From Candidatus Micrarchaeota archaeon (lineage in GTDB: Archaea > Micrarchaeota > Micrarchaeia > Anstonellales > J096), in assembly GCA_026982895.1 (NCBI GenBank), contig JALWQW010000003.1, positions 10,063 through 74,062 of the forward strand: a stretch of 64,000 nucleotides of DNA, written 5' to 3'. Made by a program: the position numbers and the translations under genes. Below, piece by piece: positions 43,694-52,539 of the stretch. Below the pieces are notes generated by a model, which was given only the letters and a program-made list of their open reading frames with translations, did no database searches and had not been told where the DNA came from. Positions within the stretch are counted from its first letter, which is position 1. Each line of letters starts with the position of its first letter.

Positions 43694-44398
43694 ATGGAAA
43701 TTGCTATTGATACAATCGAGCTCCGGACAAAATCCAAAGTTGCTCTGACTGAAGTCTATAAAGTCATTTCAGGATTTAAAGGCTATTATATATCGAAAGA
43801 ATCTGGCCATGTCTACCTTGCTTCAATAGAAGAGCGAGACATCTCTGATAACCCAAAACGCTTCTTCATAATTGATTTTATGCCATCAGGTGTTGATATA
43901 TCCTTCACTGTTCAAGAAGATGAGAGCCCTTCTGTGAGGCGATTACAGGTTCTTTCGAAGGCCCTTCCTCTATTAGAGCCACTCATGCCAAAATATAATC
44001 TATCCACTCAGCCTTTATTGGCTCTCATGGATTCTGCTCTCACGGAATTCCTTCATAAATTTACAAAGGATGCTAAAGAGGTTTTGATAGACAATGACTG
44101 GCTGAAGGAGCGTGTCAAGGAGCTTCAAAATAAACTTTCCGCCTGCCAGACGAATGTTAAGGACTTGACAACTAAATTGTATGAGGTTAATTCTGAATTG
44201 GCATCTCTCAGGCTCAAATTAAAGAAATATGAGGTGCCATCAGACGAGGCGTTGAAGCAGCTTCTCATAGATTGGATAAAAGAGCATGACGGCGAAGTTG
44301 ATATCGAGGAGTTTTCAAAGGTCAGGGGCGTTCCTATCGCGAGGGTGGAGGATATGCTCACCCGCCTTGTAGAAGAGAAGGCTGTAAAACCTCTGTGA
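43694..44398 (+). CDS. Hypothetical cytosolic protein with a possible C-terminal winged helix
   Basis: 234 aa. The C-terminal 'EFSKVRGVPIARVEDMLTRLVEEKAVKPL' is wHTH-like. Its stop is 2 nt before the next gene. Confidence 0.45.
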   Translation: MEIAIDTIELRTKSKVALTEVYKVISGFKGYYISKESGHVYLASIEERDISDNPKRFFIIDFMPSGVDISFTVQEDESPSVRRLQVLSKALPLLEPLMPKYNLSTQPLLALMDSALTEFLHKFTKDAKEVLIDNDWLKERVKELQNKLSACQTNVKDLTTKLYEVNSELASLRLKLKKYEVPSDEALKQLLIDWIKEHDGEVDIEEFSKVRGVPIARVEDMLTRLVEEKAVKPL

Positions 44399-44399
44399 G

Positions 44400-46940
44400 G
44401 TGAAATCGTTGCCGAAATCGCCAAAAAGAGCTAAAAAACGCTTCATAATCATACGCGAGCCAAAATATACTAAGAGGTTCAGCGTTAAAAAGGAATCTCC
44501 TATAGACAAGTTGTTGGCAGCGTTATCCCCTCCTAAAAAAGTTAAGAAGGAAAGGGGTGTAGTGAAGAAAGTAGAAGAGAAGGTAGAGGTAAAGGGAAAG
44601 GATATAACTATTGGAAAGCTTTTGCCTGTCATTATTCTTTTACTCTTTATTGGCTTTGGTTATTGGCAGTATATGGAGTTTACTAAACTGCTTAAATCTG
44701 CTGCTGGCACCACATCCCGTGCTGCGGTTACTAATTCCATTTTAGTCTCGCCTATTTCATCATATATAACTGATTATGGAAAGTGGACTAATCCTTCTAA
44801 GGCTGTTATCTTCAATATAAATAGTAAAGATGCTGTGGATGTCTCTTATGGTGCTTTAAACAAGCAATATTATGGTGCTGTCTATGTGTTGTCTACATCG
44901 AAGCTTCGCAATGTTGTGGAGGGATTAGATGGTTTCATAGAAAAGGCAAAAGCATCACATCTGCTTGTTCAAAGGATATACTCACCCCATCAACTTCTTA
45001 ATCTTCCTAAAAAATCAATAGTTATAATCATCTCTGAATTCTTTCCATCTGAAGTTGCACCATATATATCTACTTTATTGTCCAGAGAAGTGCATATTGT
45101 TATTGTTGGAGCTTCCCCGGATTATCAAGAGGAGAGTGGCTTCTTTAAATCTGCAATGGGATTTTGGTCTAATTATGGTATAGCCTTCTCTGCCTATGGA
45201 GGATCAGCTAAACCTTTGAAAGCTAAAACTGTTAAATATAAAGTTGTAGGTGGCAAAACAGTAACAACAGATGGGCTGGTTGGTCCTGTTACTTATTTGA
45301 GAGATATACATATAGATAAGAAGCGCACTTATCCAGGAGATTTTGTATTTTTAACGGGTTCTGTTAGCCAAGATTTCAACAGATATTGGAAGAGTTCCTC
45401 AGATTTTTCTGCCGATTTGTATAGTGTCACAACATCTCTTATCAATAAATGGTTATCCGGACACTCTTCATATAAAGGTATAAAAGGTGCCGCATCGCTA
45501 GCTTATGGTACTTCAAGTGGAACTGGTGATGCATTCATATTTACTAAAACTTCTCAAAAGGGTAAACCTATTGCATATATGTTTGGCTATGCTCGAAAGG
45601 ATTATCCTGGCAAGGCATTATTTCATGATGTATCTCCTATTTATCCTTATTATATCTCTGGTCAAGCGTCTTTAATTGAATTCGAAGCATCACCTACTGA
45701 GCCAGATAGATTCACAAAGGTTTTGCTTAGTGTTTTTGACAGTTCATCCAAGGAGGTTGATTCGTTGCCAGTAAATAAAGGCTCTCTTATCCCAGCTGGT
45801 GTCCCTATGGAAGTGGAGTATTTCAATAAAGAGTTGAAGGAGGGCTCATATACATTTGTCTTCACAGATGCTAATAGTGGTGAAATATTTGCTAGAAGCT
45901 TTTTGGAGATGGGCAAGCCCACTGTTAGAGCAAAGGTTGATTTTACAAAAGCTCGATTTGGCTTTACATTTTTAGTTAATGGAAAGCCGTATCCTGTTCG
46001 TTCAGTAACCATTAAATATAAGGATTGGCATGCCACTTATAACAATATAGATCATGTTGTGGTTGATTTAAGTGATTTATTTGGTGGTGCTGTACCCTCA
46101 GGCACTTATGAGTTCGAGGTTTATATAGCTGGCGTAGAAAAGCCATATAAAATAAAATTCACAAAGGCAGACACAGTCGGTATAAAGCGGCTTTTATCGC
46201 CGACAAACATCATAATGATTCTCCTAGCCGGCGGCTTTTATATAGCAGGCGCTATTTTAAAGAGGCGTGAGGAATCACCTTACAGTATAGATGTGCCGGA
46301 TTTCGCCCCTGTTGAATATGAAACTATAGAAATTACCGAAGAGCAGCTCTTAAATGCCTTTGATGTCGTCAATGATTACTACAAATGGAAGCTTACGCCA
46401 TTAACTCTAGATGATATTAAGAAGGGCATTCAAATGGTTCTCATGAGAAAGGACTTAGTCCTCAACGACTTTAATGTTGAACTTGTCCTTGAAAATCTAG
46501 TTAAAGAAGGACTTATCCTTAGAGTAGATAAATTCTATTTGAAGAAGGAGTGGACTGAAAAGGGCTTTAGCGCCGAGCAGCTTATAATGTTCAGGGAATT
46601 GCGTGATACTGCCATTGAATCTGCTATTCCTTTCAAACCTTTATCCAAAGCGCTTCCACACACAAAATTAACTCTCCCCTGGCAGCAATTTTGGGTTTAT
46701 TTATATAATCCTCTTCAGAGGGAATCTATAATTAAGCACATTGTTAGAAATTATTCGCCGAAAGAAGATATTGTTCAAGTTATATTATTCTATGATGATT
46801 TTGAAAAAGAGTCCTTTGACCTAGTGCTTAGCGACGGCCGAAAAATAACCTCTCTCATAAAAGGCTATATCGACAATGAGTTCGTCTTCATCTTCACTCT
46901 AAAAGAGTTTATGAAAAAATTAAAGCAGCTCAAATCATAA
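44400..46940 (+). CDS. Large bitopic membrane protein with a basic N-terminus, a large extracytoplasmic domain and a cytoplasmic C-terminal domain
   Basis: 846 aa. TM1 is 'LLPVIILLLFIGFGYWQY' at about aa 75. TM2 is 'IIMILLAGGFYIAGAIL' at about aa 600. The N-terminal 70 aa are K/R-rich. Confidence 0.5.
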   Translation: MKSLPKSPKRAKKRFIIIREPKYTKRFSVKKESPIDKLLAALSPPKKVKKERGVVKKVEEKVEVKGKDITIGKLLPVIILLLFIGFGYWQYMEFTKLLKSAAGTTSRAAVTNSILVSPISSYITDYGKWTNPSKAVIFNINSKDAVDVSYGALNKQYYGAVYVLSTSKLRNVVEGLDGFIEKAKASHLLVQRIYSPHQLLNLPKKSIVIIISEFFPSEVAPYISTLLSREVHIVIVGASPDYQEESGFFKSAMGFWSNYGIAFSAYGGSAKPLKAKTVKYKVVGGKTVTTDGLVGPVTYLRDIHIDKKRTYPGDFVFLTGSVSQDFNRYWKSSSDFSADLYSVTTSLINKWLSGHSSYKGIKGAASLAYGTSSGTGDAFIFTKTSQKGKPIAYMFGYARKDYPGKALFHDVSPIYPYYISGQASLIEFEASPTEPDRFTKVLLSVFDSSSKEVDSLPVNKGSLIPAGVPMEVEYFNKELKEGSYTFVFTDANSGEIFARSFLEMGKPTVRAKVDFTKARFGFTFLVNGKPYPVRSVTIKYKDWHATYNNIDHVVVDLSDLFGGAVPSGTYEFEVYIAGVEKPYKIKFTKADTVGIKRLLSPTNIIMILLAGGFYIAGAILKRREESPYSIDVPDFAPVEYETIEITEEQLLNAFDVVNDYYKWKLTPLTLDDIKKGIQMVLMRKDLVLNDFNVELVLENLVKEGLILRVDKFYLKKEWTEKGFSAEQLIMFRELRDTAIESAIPFKPLSKALPHTKLTLPWQQFWVYLYNPLQRESIIKHIVRNYSPKEDIVQVILFYDDFEKESFDLVLSDGRKITSLIKGYIDNEFVFIFTLKEFMKKLKQLKS

Positions 46941-46983
46941 TTGTTTTAATATGAAGATAGAGGGAAGATAAAGGGCTTTACAA

Positions 46984-48015
46984 CTAAATGTATTTTTCAT
47001 AAATTTGGAGATAGCGCTCGGCAATTCGTTCTCCTTCGCTTTCTACTTTAGACTTTAACAGTTCTGCCAATTCTTTTTTATTGTCCTTTGCATAGGAAAT
47101 AGCATCCAGCATAGACGCATTATCTTTATATACGAGCCTCCTATCGACTTCTTTTAAGAACTCTGCAAGAGGGCTCTCTTCATTTGCTATGGCAACATTG
47201 CCCATCCTCATATACTCCCAAGCATAGTAGGGAAAAGCAGAGCTATTTTTTGGTTCAGCAAATATATATGTTTGCTCATATAATCCTTTTCTCTCGTCAA
47301 ACCTATATGCATTTTCCTTCCCATTCCCTTTTTCCTTTATGAGGAAGTGCTTTACTTCTTTCCCCATCTTATTCTTTATGCTATCTGCTCTACCTGTAAG
47401 CTCCCTTCCCTTGTCTTCATGTTCTGTTGACGAGATGTATGCTATATATCTAGGCCTTCCCCCTTTTTTCTTTTCAAATTTATATATTGGCAGTGGAATA
47501 ATAGTTCCATTTCCAACCAAACCACTCATTTCCTTCGCTATGAAGGCACTTGGATAAACAACCTCGTCGTAAAAGTGATACAGCCACTTAACATATTTTT
47601 TGGCGGTGTCTTCTATAAAAGAAGCGAGCTTACCAGCACTGGCTTTGGCCGTGGTCTCTGGCAAATTGTCAGTTATAGTGCTTATTGCCGGGATTTCCAA
47701 ATCCTTTTTACATGTCGCTGCAGCCAATGCCATAGAGGCTACCCCAACATTATGGATTATGTCAATATCTAATCCACTGACTATTTTTTTAGCCGATAAG
47801 AACGGCGAGAGGCTTAATCTCAATTGAGGATATTGCTTTACATATGCAGAGCTAAATGTGAAAACACCCTCTTCGCCCTTTACTTTCTTCTTTGGTGTTG
47901 CAGTGAGGATATATACTTTATGTCCTTCCTTTTCATACCTCTTTTTTAGGAACCTCACCGTCTCGGATATGGGGTTTTTCTCAAAGTAAAAATCTGTGAA
48001 AATCGCTATTCGCAT
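46984..48015 (-). CDS. Glycosyltransferase (GT-B fold, GT4-like)
   Basis: N-terminal 'MRIAIFTDFY' is GT4-like. The C-terminal E-x7-E-like 'EPKNSSAFPYYAWEYMRMGNVAI' is also present. Confidence 0.5.
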   Translation of the reverse strand: MRIAIFTDFYFEKNPISETVRFLKKRYEKEGHKVYILTATPKKKVKGEEGVFTFSSAYVKQYPQLRLSLSPFLSAKKIVSGLDIDIIHNVGVASMALAAATCKKDLEIPAISTITDNLPETTAKASAGKLASFIEDTAKKYVKWLYHFYDEVVYPSAFIAKEMSGLVGNGTIIPLPIYKFEKKKGGRPRYIAYISSTEHEDKGRELTGRADSIKNKMGKEVKHFLIKEKGNGKENAYRFDERKGLYEQTYIFAEPKNSSAFPYYAWEYMRMGNVAIANEESPLAEFLKEVDRRLVYKDNASMLDAISYAKDNKKELAELLKSKVESEGERIAERYLQIYEKYI

Positions 48016-48077
48016 CCTAATTCTCTTGCCACTAACATTTTAAAGGATTTTTGGCGTAAAGGGGAAGGAGGGATAAT

Positions 48078-48242
48078 ATGGCATTATTGAAAGAAGGAAC
48101 TGTAGTTGTTATTACCAAAGGCGCTGATGCTGGCAAGAAAGCAGAGATTATAGGTTTAGATGGCAAGATGCTCCGCATAAGAATGGAGAGCGGTAAGGAG
48201 CGCAACATATCTTTTAGGCATGTAGAGCCAGTGAAGGCTTAG
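48078..48242 (+). CDS. Small KOW-like protein, probably ribosomal protein L14e. It is absent from the ORF track because it is under 60 aa.
   Basis: 54-aa ORF 'MALLKEGTVVVITKGADAGKKAEIIGLDGKMLRIRMESGKERNISFRHVEPVKA'. A GGAGG lies 8 nt upstream. It sits immediately 5' of cbf5, which is a conserved archaeal neighbourhood. Confidence 0.45.
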   Translation: MALLKEGTVVVITKGADAGKKAEIIGLDGKMLRIRMESGKERNISFRHVEPVKA

Positions 48243-48243
48243 T

Positions 48244-49158
48244 ATGGACGCGACTTCTTTAGATAAGGTCGATTTGCCGAAAATAACCGCTGAGCAGCGT
48301 GCCTTTTTGAAAAGTATAGCCGACGATAAATTTCTCATCGTCGATAAGCCGCCGGATATTATAACCCATGAAATCTCTTCTTTTTTAGGTCGCCTCTTTG
48401 GGGTTAAGGCGGGGCATAGCGGCACTCTTGACCCGGATGTAAGTGGTGTTTTGCTTGTCGGCATGGGGAGGGCCACAAGACTCTTGCAGTATTTAACAGA
48501 GCAGGATAAGACTTATATAGGTTTGGCAGAGTTTCCAGACGAAAAAGATGAAGGAACTGTAAAGGAAATTTTTTCAAAGCTCACGGGTGTGGTGGAGCAG
48601 ATTCCTCCTGAAAAGTCCGCAGTTGTTAGGAGACGAAGGAAGCGGCATGTTTACAGCTTAGATTTATTGGAGATGGATACCAATCCAGGAAGATTTGCTT
48701 TGTTTAGGGCGTTTGTTGAGAAAGGGACATATATACGCGTTCTTTGTGAAGATATGGGGGGCAGAATGGCAGATTTGAGAAGAGTAAGTGCTGGAGGCAT
48801 AAGCGAAGAGCATGCTCTTATAATGGAGCGCATATTGGATGCCTACACCTCTTACTTATGCAACGATGATTCGTCGTTGCTTGAGAAGTATCTTAAAACG
48901 CCTGAATGGGTCTTCGAACATTCAAGCATATCCAAAGCATATATCAACGATAAAGCAGCAGAAGCTCTTCTTCGAGGAGCCCCTCTCTATGCGCCAGGGA
49001 TAGAAAAATACATTGGCGAGGTAAAAGCCGGGAAGTGGCTAGCGGTGTTTAGGCATTCTGATGGTAGATTAATAGGCGTTTTGAAGATTCACAATGATTA
49101 TAACGGCGAGGAAAAGGGTCTCGTTGCCAAAGGCGGGCGAATCCATTTAAAGGTATAG
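48244..49158 (+). CDS. cbf5: tRNA/rRNA pseudouridine synthase Cbf5 (TruB family) with a C-terminal PUA domain
   Basis: 'KAGHSGTLDPDVSGVLLVGMGRATR' carries the catalytic Asp in 'GTLDP'. The C-terminal PUA-like region is 'KWLAVFRHSDGRLIGV'. Confidence 0.8.
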   Translation: MDATSLDKVDLPKITAEQRAFLKSIADDKFLIVDKPPDIITHEISSFLGRLFGVKAGHSGTLDPDVSGVLLVGMGRATRLLQYLTEQDKTYIGLAEFPDEKDEGTVKEIFSKLTGVVEQIPPEKSAVVRRRRKRHVYSLDLLEMDTNPGRFALFRAFVEKGTYIRVLCEDMGGRMADLRRVSAGGISEEHALIMERILDAYTSYLCNDDSSLLEKYLKTPEWVFEHSSISKAYINDKAAEALLRGAPLYAPGIEKYIGEVKAGKWLAVFRHSDGRLIGVLKIHNDYNGEEKGLVAKGGRIHLKV

Positions 49159-49172
49159 GTTAAAATCTATTC

Positions 49173-49718
49173 ATGGCAACATTGAGGAAGGATATTTTAA
49201 TGCGCCTTTACAACTCTTTTTATAGAAGGCGCTATAGGAATCTAAGGAAGCTTTATTCTTCGTTAGTTAATGAGCTTGTCGTTAATTTCAGCGATGAACT
49301 CTTGGAATTTACTGTTTTCACATATGCGCTTGGGAAGCTGTTAGTTAAACCGCGGTATTCCAGGCCAGAATATGAAGAATACTGGAAGGAAATTTTAGAA
49401 TATCTCGGTGAGCTTAAGGACAATAAAATCTCATTAGAGAAAGCGTCTAAGTATCTTCGAGAGCTTTTCCTAAAAATGGAAAGCGAAGACCCACGCTATC
49501 TCTTCGACATGCTGACAAAGGCAAAGATAAAAACCGCAGCCACGCTATACGCAAAAGGAGTGTCTTTAGGCACGGTGGCTGGTTTGTTAAAAATCCCAAA
49601 AGAGGAAATTCTATCCTATGCAGGCAAGACGATGATGTTTGATAGGGTTAAGGAGGAAATCCCTGTAAAAAAGCGTCTGATTGTTGCGGAGAAGCTGTTT
49701 GGTGTGGAGGGGAAATAA
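49173..49718 (+). CDS. Hypothetical protein, first gene of a three-gene operon
   Basis: 181 aa, helical, no motifs. Its stop overlaps the next start by 1 nt. Confidence 0.4.
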   Translation: MATLRKDILMRLYNSFYRRRYRNLRKLYSSLVNELVVNFSDELLEFTVFTYALGKLLVKPRYSRPEYEEYWKEILEYLGELKDNKISLEKASKYLRELFLKMESEDPRYLFDMLTKAKIKTAATLYAKGVSLGTVAGLLKIPKEEILSYAGKTMMFDRVKEEIPVKKRLIVAEKLFGVEGK

Positions 49719-50407
49719 TGGAACATTCAATTTTATGCGACTCTTCTGTCTTAATATCCTTGACAGATGCATGCTTTGCCGACATATTTCCTTTTTTGGC
49801 TAAGAAGACGCCTGTTGAGTTTTATATAACACCTGGCGTTAAGCAGGAAATTATTAATAGGCCACTGTCTATACAAATGAAGGCATATGAGCTCTCTGCT
49901 GTTAGAATGAAAAAGCTGCTAAAAGATAAGGCCATAAAATATATTGATGCAGATACTGCTGATTTGACAAAACGACTGATGTTTCTTGGTAATAATATGT
50001 TCTATGCTCATGGAAAGCCTATACATCTCATTGACTTGGGCGAGACGGACATAATAGCTACTGCCAGTCTTCTCGGTATAAAAGCCTTATTAATTGATGA
50101 GAGAACTACGAGGATGCTCATAGAGGCGCCGTTCAGGGTTAAAGACCACTTGGAAGATGAGCTTCGCACTTCTGTTTCCATAAATGAAAAGAACTATTAT
50201 GAGTTTAGGCATGCCGTTGAGGGAATGAAGGTTATAAGGAGCATTGAGCTCTTATCTGTAGCATATGAGCTTGGCTACTTTGATGATTTTGGCAACGACA
50301 AAGTATTAACCTTCGAGGCGGCCTTGTATAAAACAAAGTACTCCGGCAGCGCTGTCCAGTTCGATGAGATAAAGGAGTTGCTCCACATATTAACCCAATC
50401 TAATTGA
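49718..50407 (+). CDS. PIN-domain protein with a C-terminal extension
   Basis: Acidic PIN positions are present: 'CDSSVLISL' (D1), 'KQEI', 'GETDIIATASLLG' and 'LIDERT'. Confidence 0.5.
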   Translation: MEHSILCDSSVLISLTDACFADIFPFLAKKTPVEFYITPGVKQEIINRPLSIQMKAYELSAVRMKKLLKDKAIKYIDADTADLTKRLMFLGNNMFYAHGKPIHLIDLGETDIIATASLLGIKALLIDERTTRMLIEAPFRVKDHLEDELRTSVSINEKNYYEFRHAVEGMKVIRSIELLSVAYELGYFDDFGNDKVLTFEAALYKTKYSGSAVQFDEIKELLHILTQSN

Positions 50408-51084
50408 GGTTTAAAATGGAAGGAATTTTATTGAAGGATGAACCCACTATTGTCGTTGATATACGAGAACCGCCATCTCTAGTGGATGAGATAGAACAGC
50501 TAGGCGTAACCGTCGTTAAACAGCAATTGGCAGTAGGTGATTTTTTATTAGGAGGCAATGTTGTCGTCGAAAGAAAAACGCTCAATGATTTTGAGTCCTC
50601 TGTTTTTGACGGCAGGCTTTTCAGGCAAATTACTGAGATGCAGCAGCATTATACAAAAGTTCTCCTCTTATTGGAAGGTGTGGAGTTTCCATCTTATTTG
50701 CCTGTATCTGCCAGAGAAGGCGCGTTAATGAAGCTTGCTTTAAGAGGTGTTCCTGTCGTTTATTCAAAAGGCTTGGGAGAAACAGCGAATTTATTGGCCA
50801 AGCTCGCCATAAAACAATGGGAAGGCAAAGAACATAATTATTCTCTATTGAGGGGGAGAAAACCACGCAATGCGAAGGAACAAGCGTTGTTCGTTATCTC
50901 ATCTCTACCGAACATAAGTGAAAAAAGAGCAGAGCTGTTATTGGAACATTTTGGCTCGCTTCAACGCTTATTCACTGCATCGACAAAGGAATTAATGGAA
51001 GTAGAGGGTATCGGTAAAAAGACTGCTGGAAATCTTCATAAGCTGTTTATAAACTTATTTAGGGAAGACAGTATGGAGGAATAG
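50404..51084 (+). CDS. xpf: Short-form XPF/ERCC4 nuclease with a C-terminal (HhH)2
   Basis: ERCC4 motif 'VGDFLLGGNVVVERKTLNDFESS'. The C-terminal HhH2 is 'ISEKRAELLLEHFGS...ELMEVEGIGKKTAGNL'. 226 aa. Confidence 0.7.
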   Translation: MRFKMEGILLKDEPTIVVDIREPPSLVDEIEQLGVTVVKQQLAVGDFLLGGNVVVERKTLNDFESSVFDGRLFRQITEMQQHYTKVLLLLEGVEFPSYLPVSAREGALMKLALRGVPVVYSKGLGETANLLAKLAIKQWEGKEHNYSLLRGRKPRNAKEQALFVISSLPNISEKRAELLLEHFGSLQRLFTASTKELMEVEGIGKKTAGNLHKLFINLFREDSMEE

Positions 51085-51085
51085 T

Positions 51086-52537
51086 ATGGGATTAGCTAAA
51101 ATGGCCTCTGCATCGACTGTAAAAACCCTTGCTCAACTCGTTGTCTCGTTTATCTTTGCATTTATTCTCTTTCGCTATACTGCTACAAATGTTGTTGGCG
51201 AGTATTATTTTTGGCAGTCACTCTTATTCTTCGGCGGATTGATTTTTGGCTCCATTACTGGCGCCGCTTCTTACATCCTGCCGAAAGCTGGTAAAAAAGC
51301 TGTGAACTACATAATAGCAGCTTCACTTGTTATCTTGCCCATTGCTTTTCTTGTGTATGTGGTGGTATTTGCATATTTTGGTTTGGAGCATTTTGTCTGG
51401 CTTGCCCTTATATCTGCTCTTTCCAATATAGCAACATTCACTATCGCATCTCTTATAAATTCATACAGGGCAAAAGATTATGTTTATGTTTCCTTCGCGA
51501 CATATGCAGTTAAGATTATTTTTCTTTTGCTATTCATATTTATTTTTGGCAGCCTGAGTTTTTGGACACTTATAATATTAGTGCTTCTTGCCCAATCTCC
51601 TGCACTTATTTTATTTGTTAAAATGCTTCTACAAGTTAGGCCGTCCGTTTCTGATTTCATATCTAGCTTCAATAAAATCTTATCTCATTGGAAAGCTGGT
51701 TTTTTCGCATATTCCGTAAATGTCTTAAACTCAATTATTCTCATATCTGATGTTTTCTTTATAGGCGTCTTTTTTACAATGGAGGATACAGGTATATACA
51801 ACGCTATAGGTAATCTTGTAAAATATGCTATGTATGCTATTCCTGGTGGTATCGCTGCCTTTGTCTTTCCTATGGCAGTTAAAGAGGGGAAGGGTTTTTT
51901 GAAGAAGGCTATCTTTTTTCTTACCCTGCTTTTGCTTCCTCTCGTCGTAATTGCAATATATCCAGTCCCTTTCATAAAGGTAATAACGGGTGGTTATCAG
52001 GATTTTGCTAATATAACTCTCTTCTTTTTACCAGCTCTTTTATTTGTTCCAATATCTGCTGGGCTGATGCGCTTCTTCTTGGGTAGGAAAAATTACAATG
52101 TTCTTTTGTATCTCTTCATCGTTGCAGCTGTTAATCTCGTTGTCAATTATTTCTTAGCCGTTGATGCTGATATGTGGTTATATGGTATAGTCCTTGCATC
52201 CTCTATATCTGCGGTGTTGTTTGCTATGCTACTTTCATATCTCGCTTTAAAAGAACGGATTTTAGATGCGTCTTTTGTGCTGAAATATCTGCTTCAAAGC
52301 TCTCTTTTAGCTGTGATTCTGTATGCTATCTCTACACATCTTCCTTTACCAAAGACTTTTGGTGATTTATTTGCTGCTCTTATCTACAGCATTAGCGCCA
52401 TTGTTGTTGCGTATATTTTGAATATTCTTCTCTCCATTGCTATTTACAATAAACTTTTCTTTGAGAGCTTTGAAGATGTAAAGCGTTTATTTGGCAGGCT
52501 TGCTGGCAGGTTTTTTAAAACTCCTTCTAATAATTAA
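51086..52537 (+). CDS. MOP-superfamily polysaccharide/oligosaccharide flippase (Wzx/MurJ-like)
   Basis: 483 aa with 12-14 predicted TM helices and short loops. It is adjacent to a glycosyltransferase region. Confidence 0.5.
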   Translation: MGLAKMASASTVKTLAQLVVSFIFAFILFRYTATNVVGEYYFWQSLLFFGGLIFGSITGAASYILPKAGKKAVNYIIAASLVILPIAFLVYVVVFAYFGLEHFVWLALISALSNIATFTIASLINSYRAKDYVYVSFATYAVKIIFLLLFIFIFGSLSFWTLIILVLLAQSPALILFVKMLLQVRPSVSDFISSFNKILSHWKAGFFAYSVNVLNSIILISDVFFIGVFFTMEDTGIYNAIGNLVKYAMYAIPGGIAAFVFPMAVKEGKGFLKKAIFFLTLLLLPLVVIAIYPVPFIKVITGGYQDFANITLFFLPALLFVPISAGLMRFFLGRKNYNVLLYLFIVAAVNLVVNYFLAVDADMWLYGIVLASSISAVLFAMLLSYLALKERILDASFVLKYLLQSSLLAVILYAISTHLPLPKTFGDLFAALIYSISAIVVAYILNILLSIAIYNKLFFESFEDVKRLFGRLAGRFFKTPSNN

Positions 52538-52539
52538 CC

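Noticed and set aside
48156-48476. 106-aa minus-strand ORF spanning the L14e/cbf5 junction
   Set aside because: It overlaps two plus-strand genes with better support (RBS, conserved motifs).
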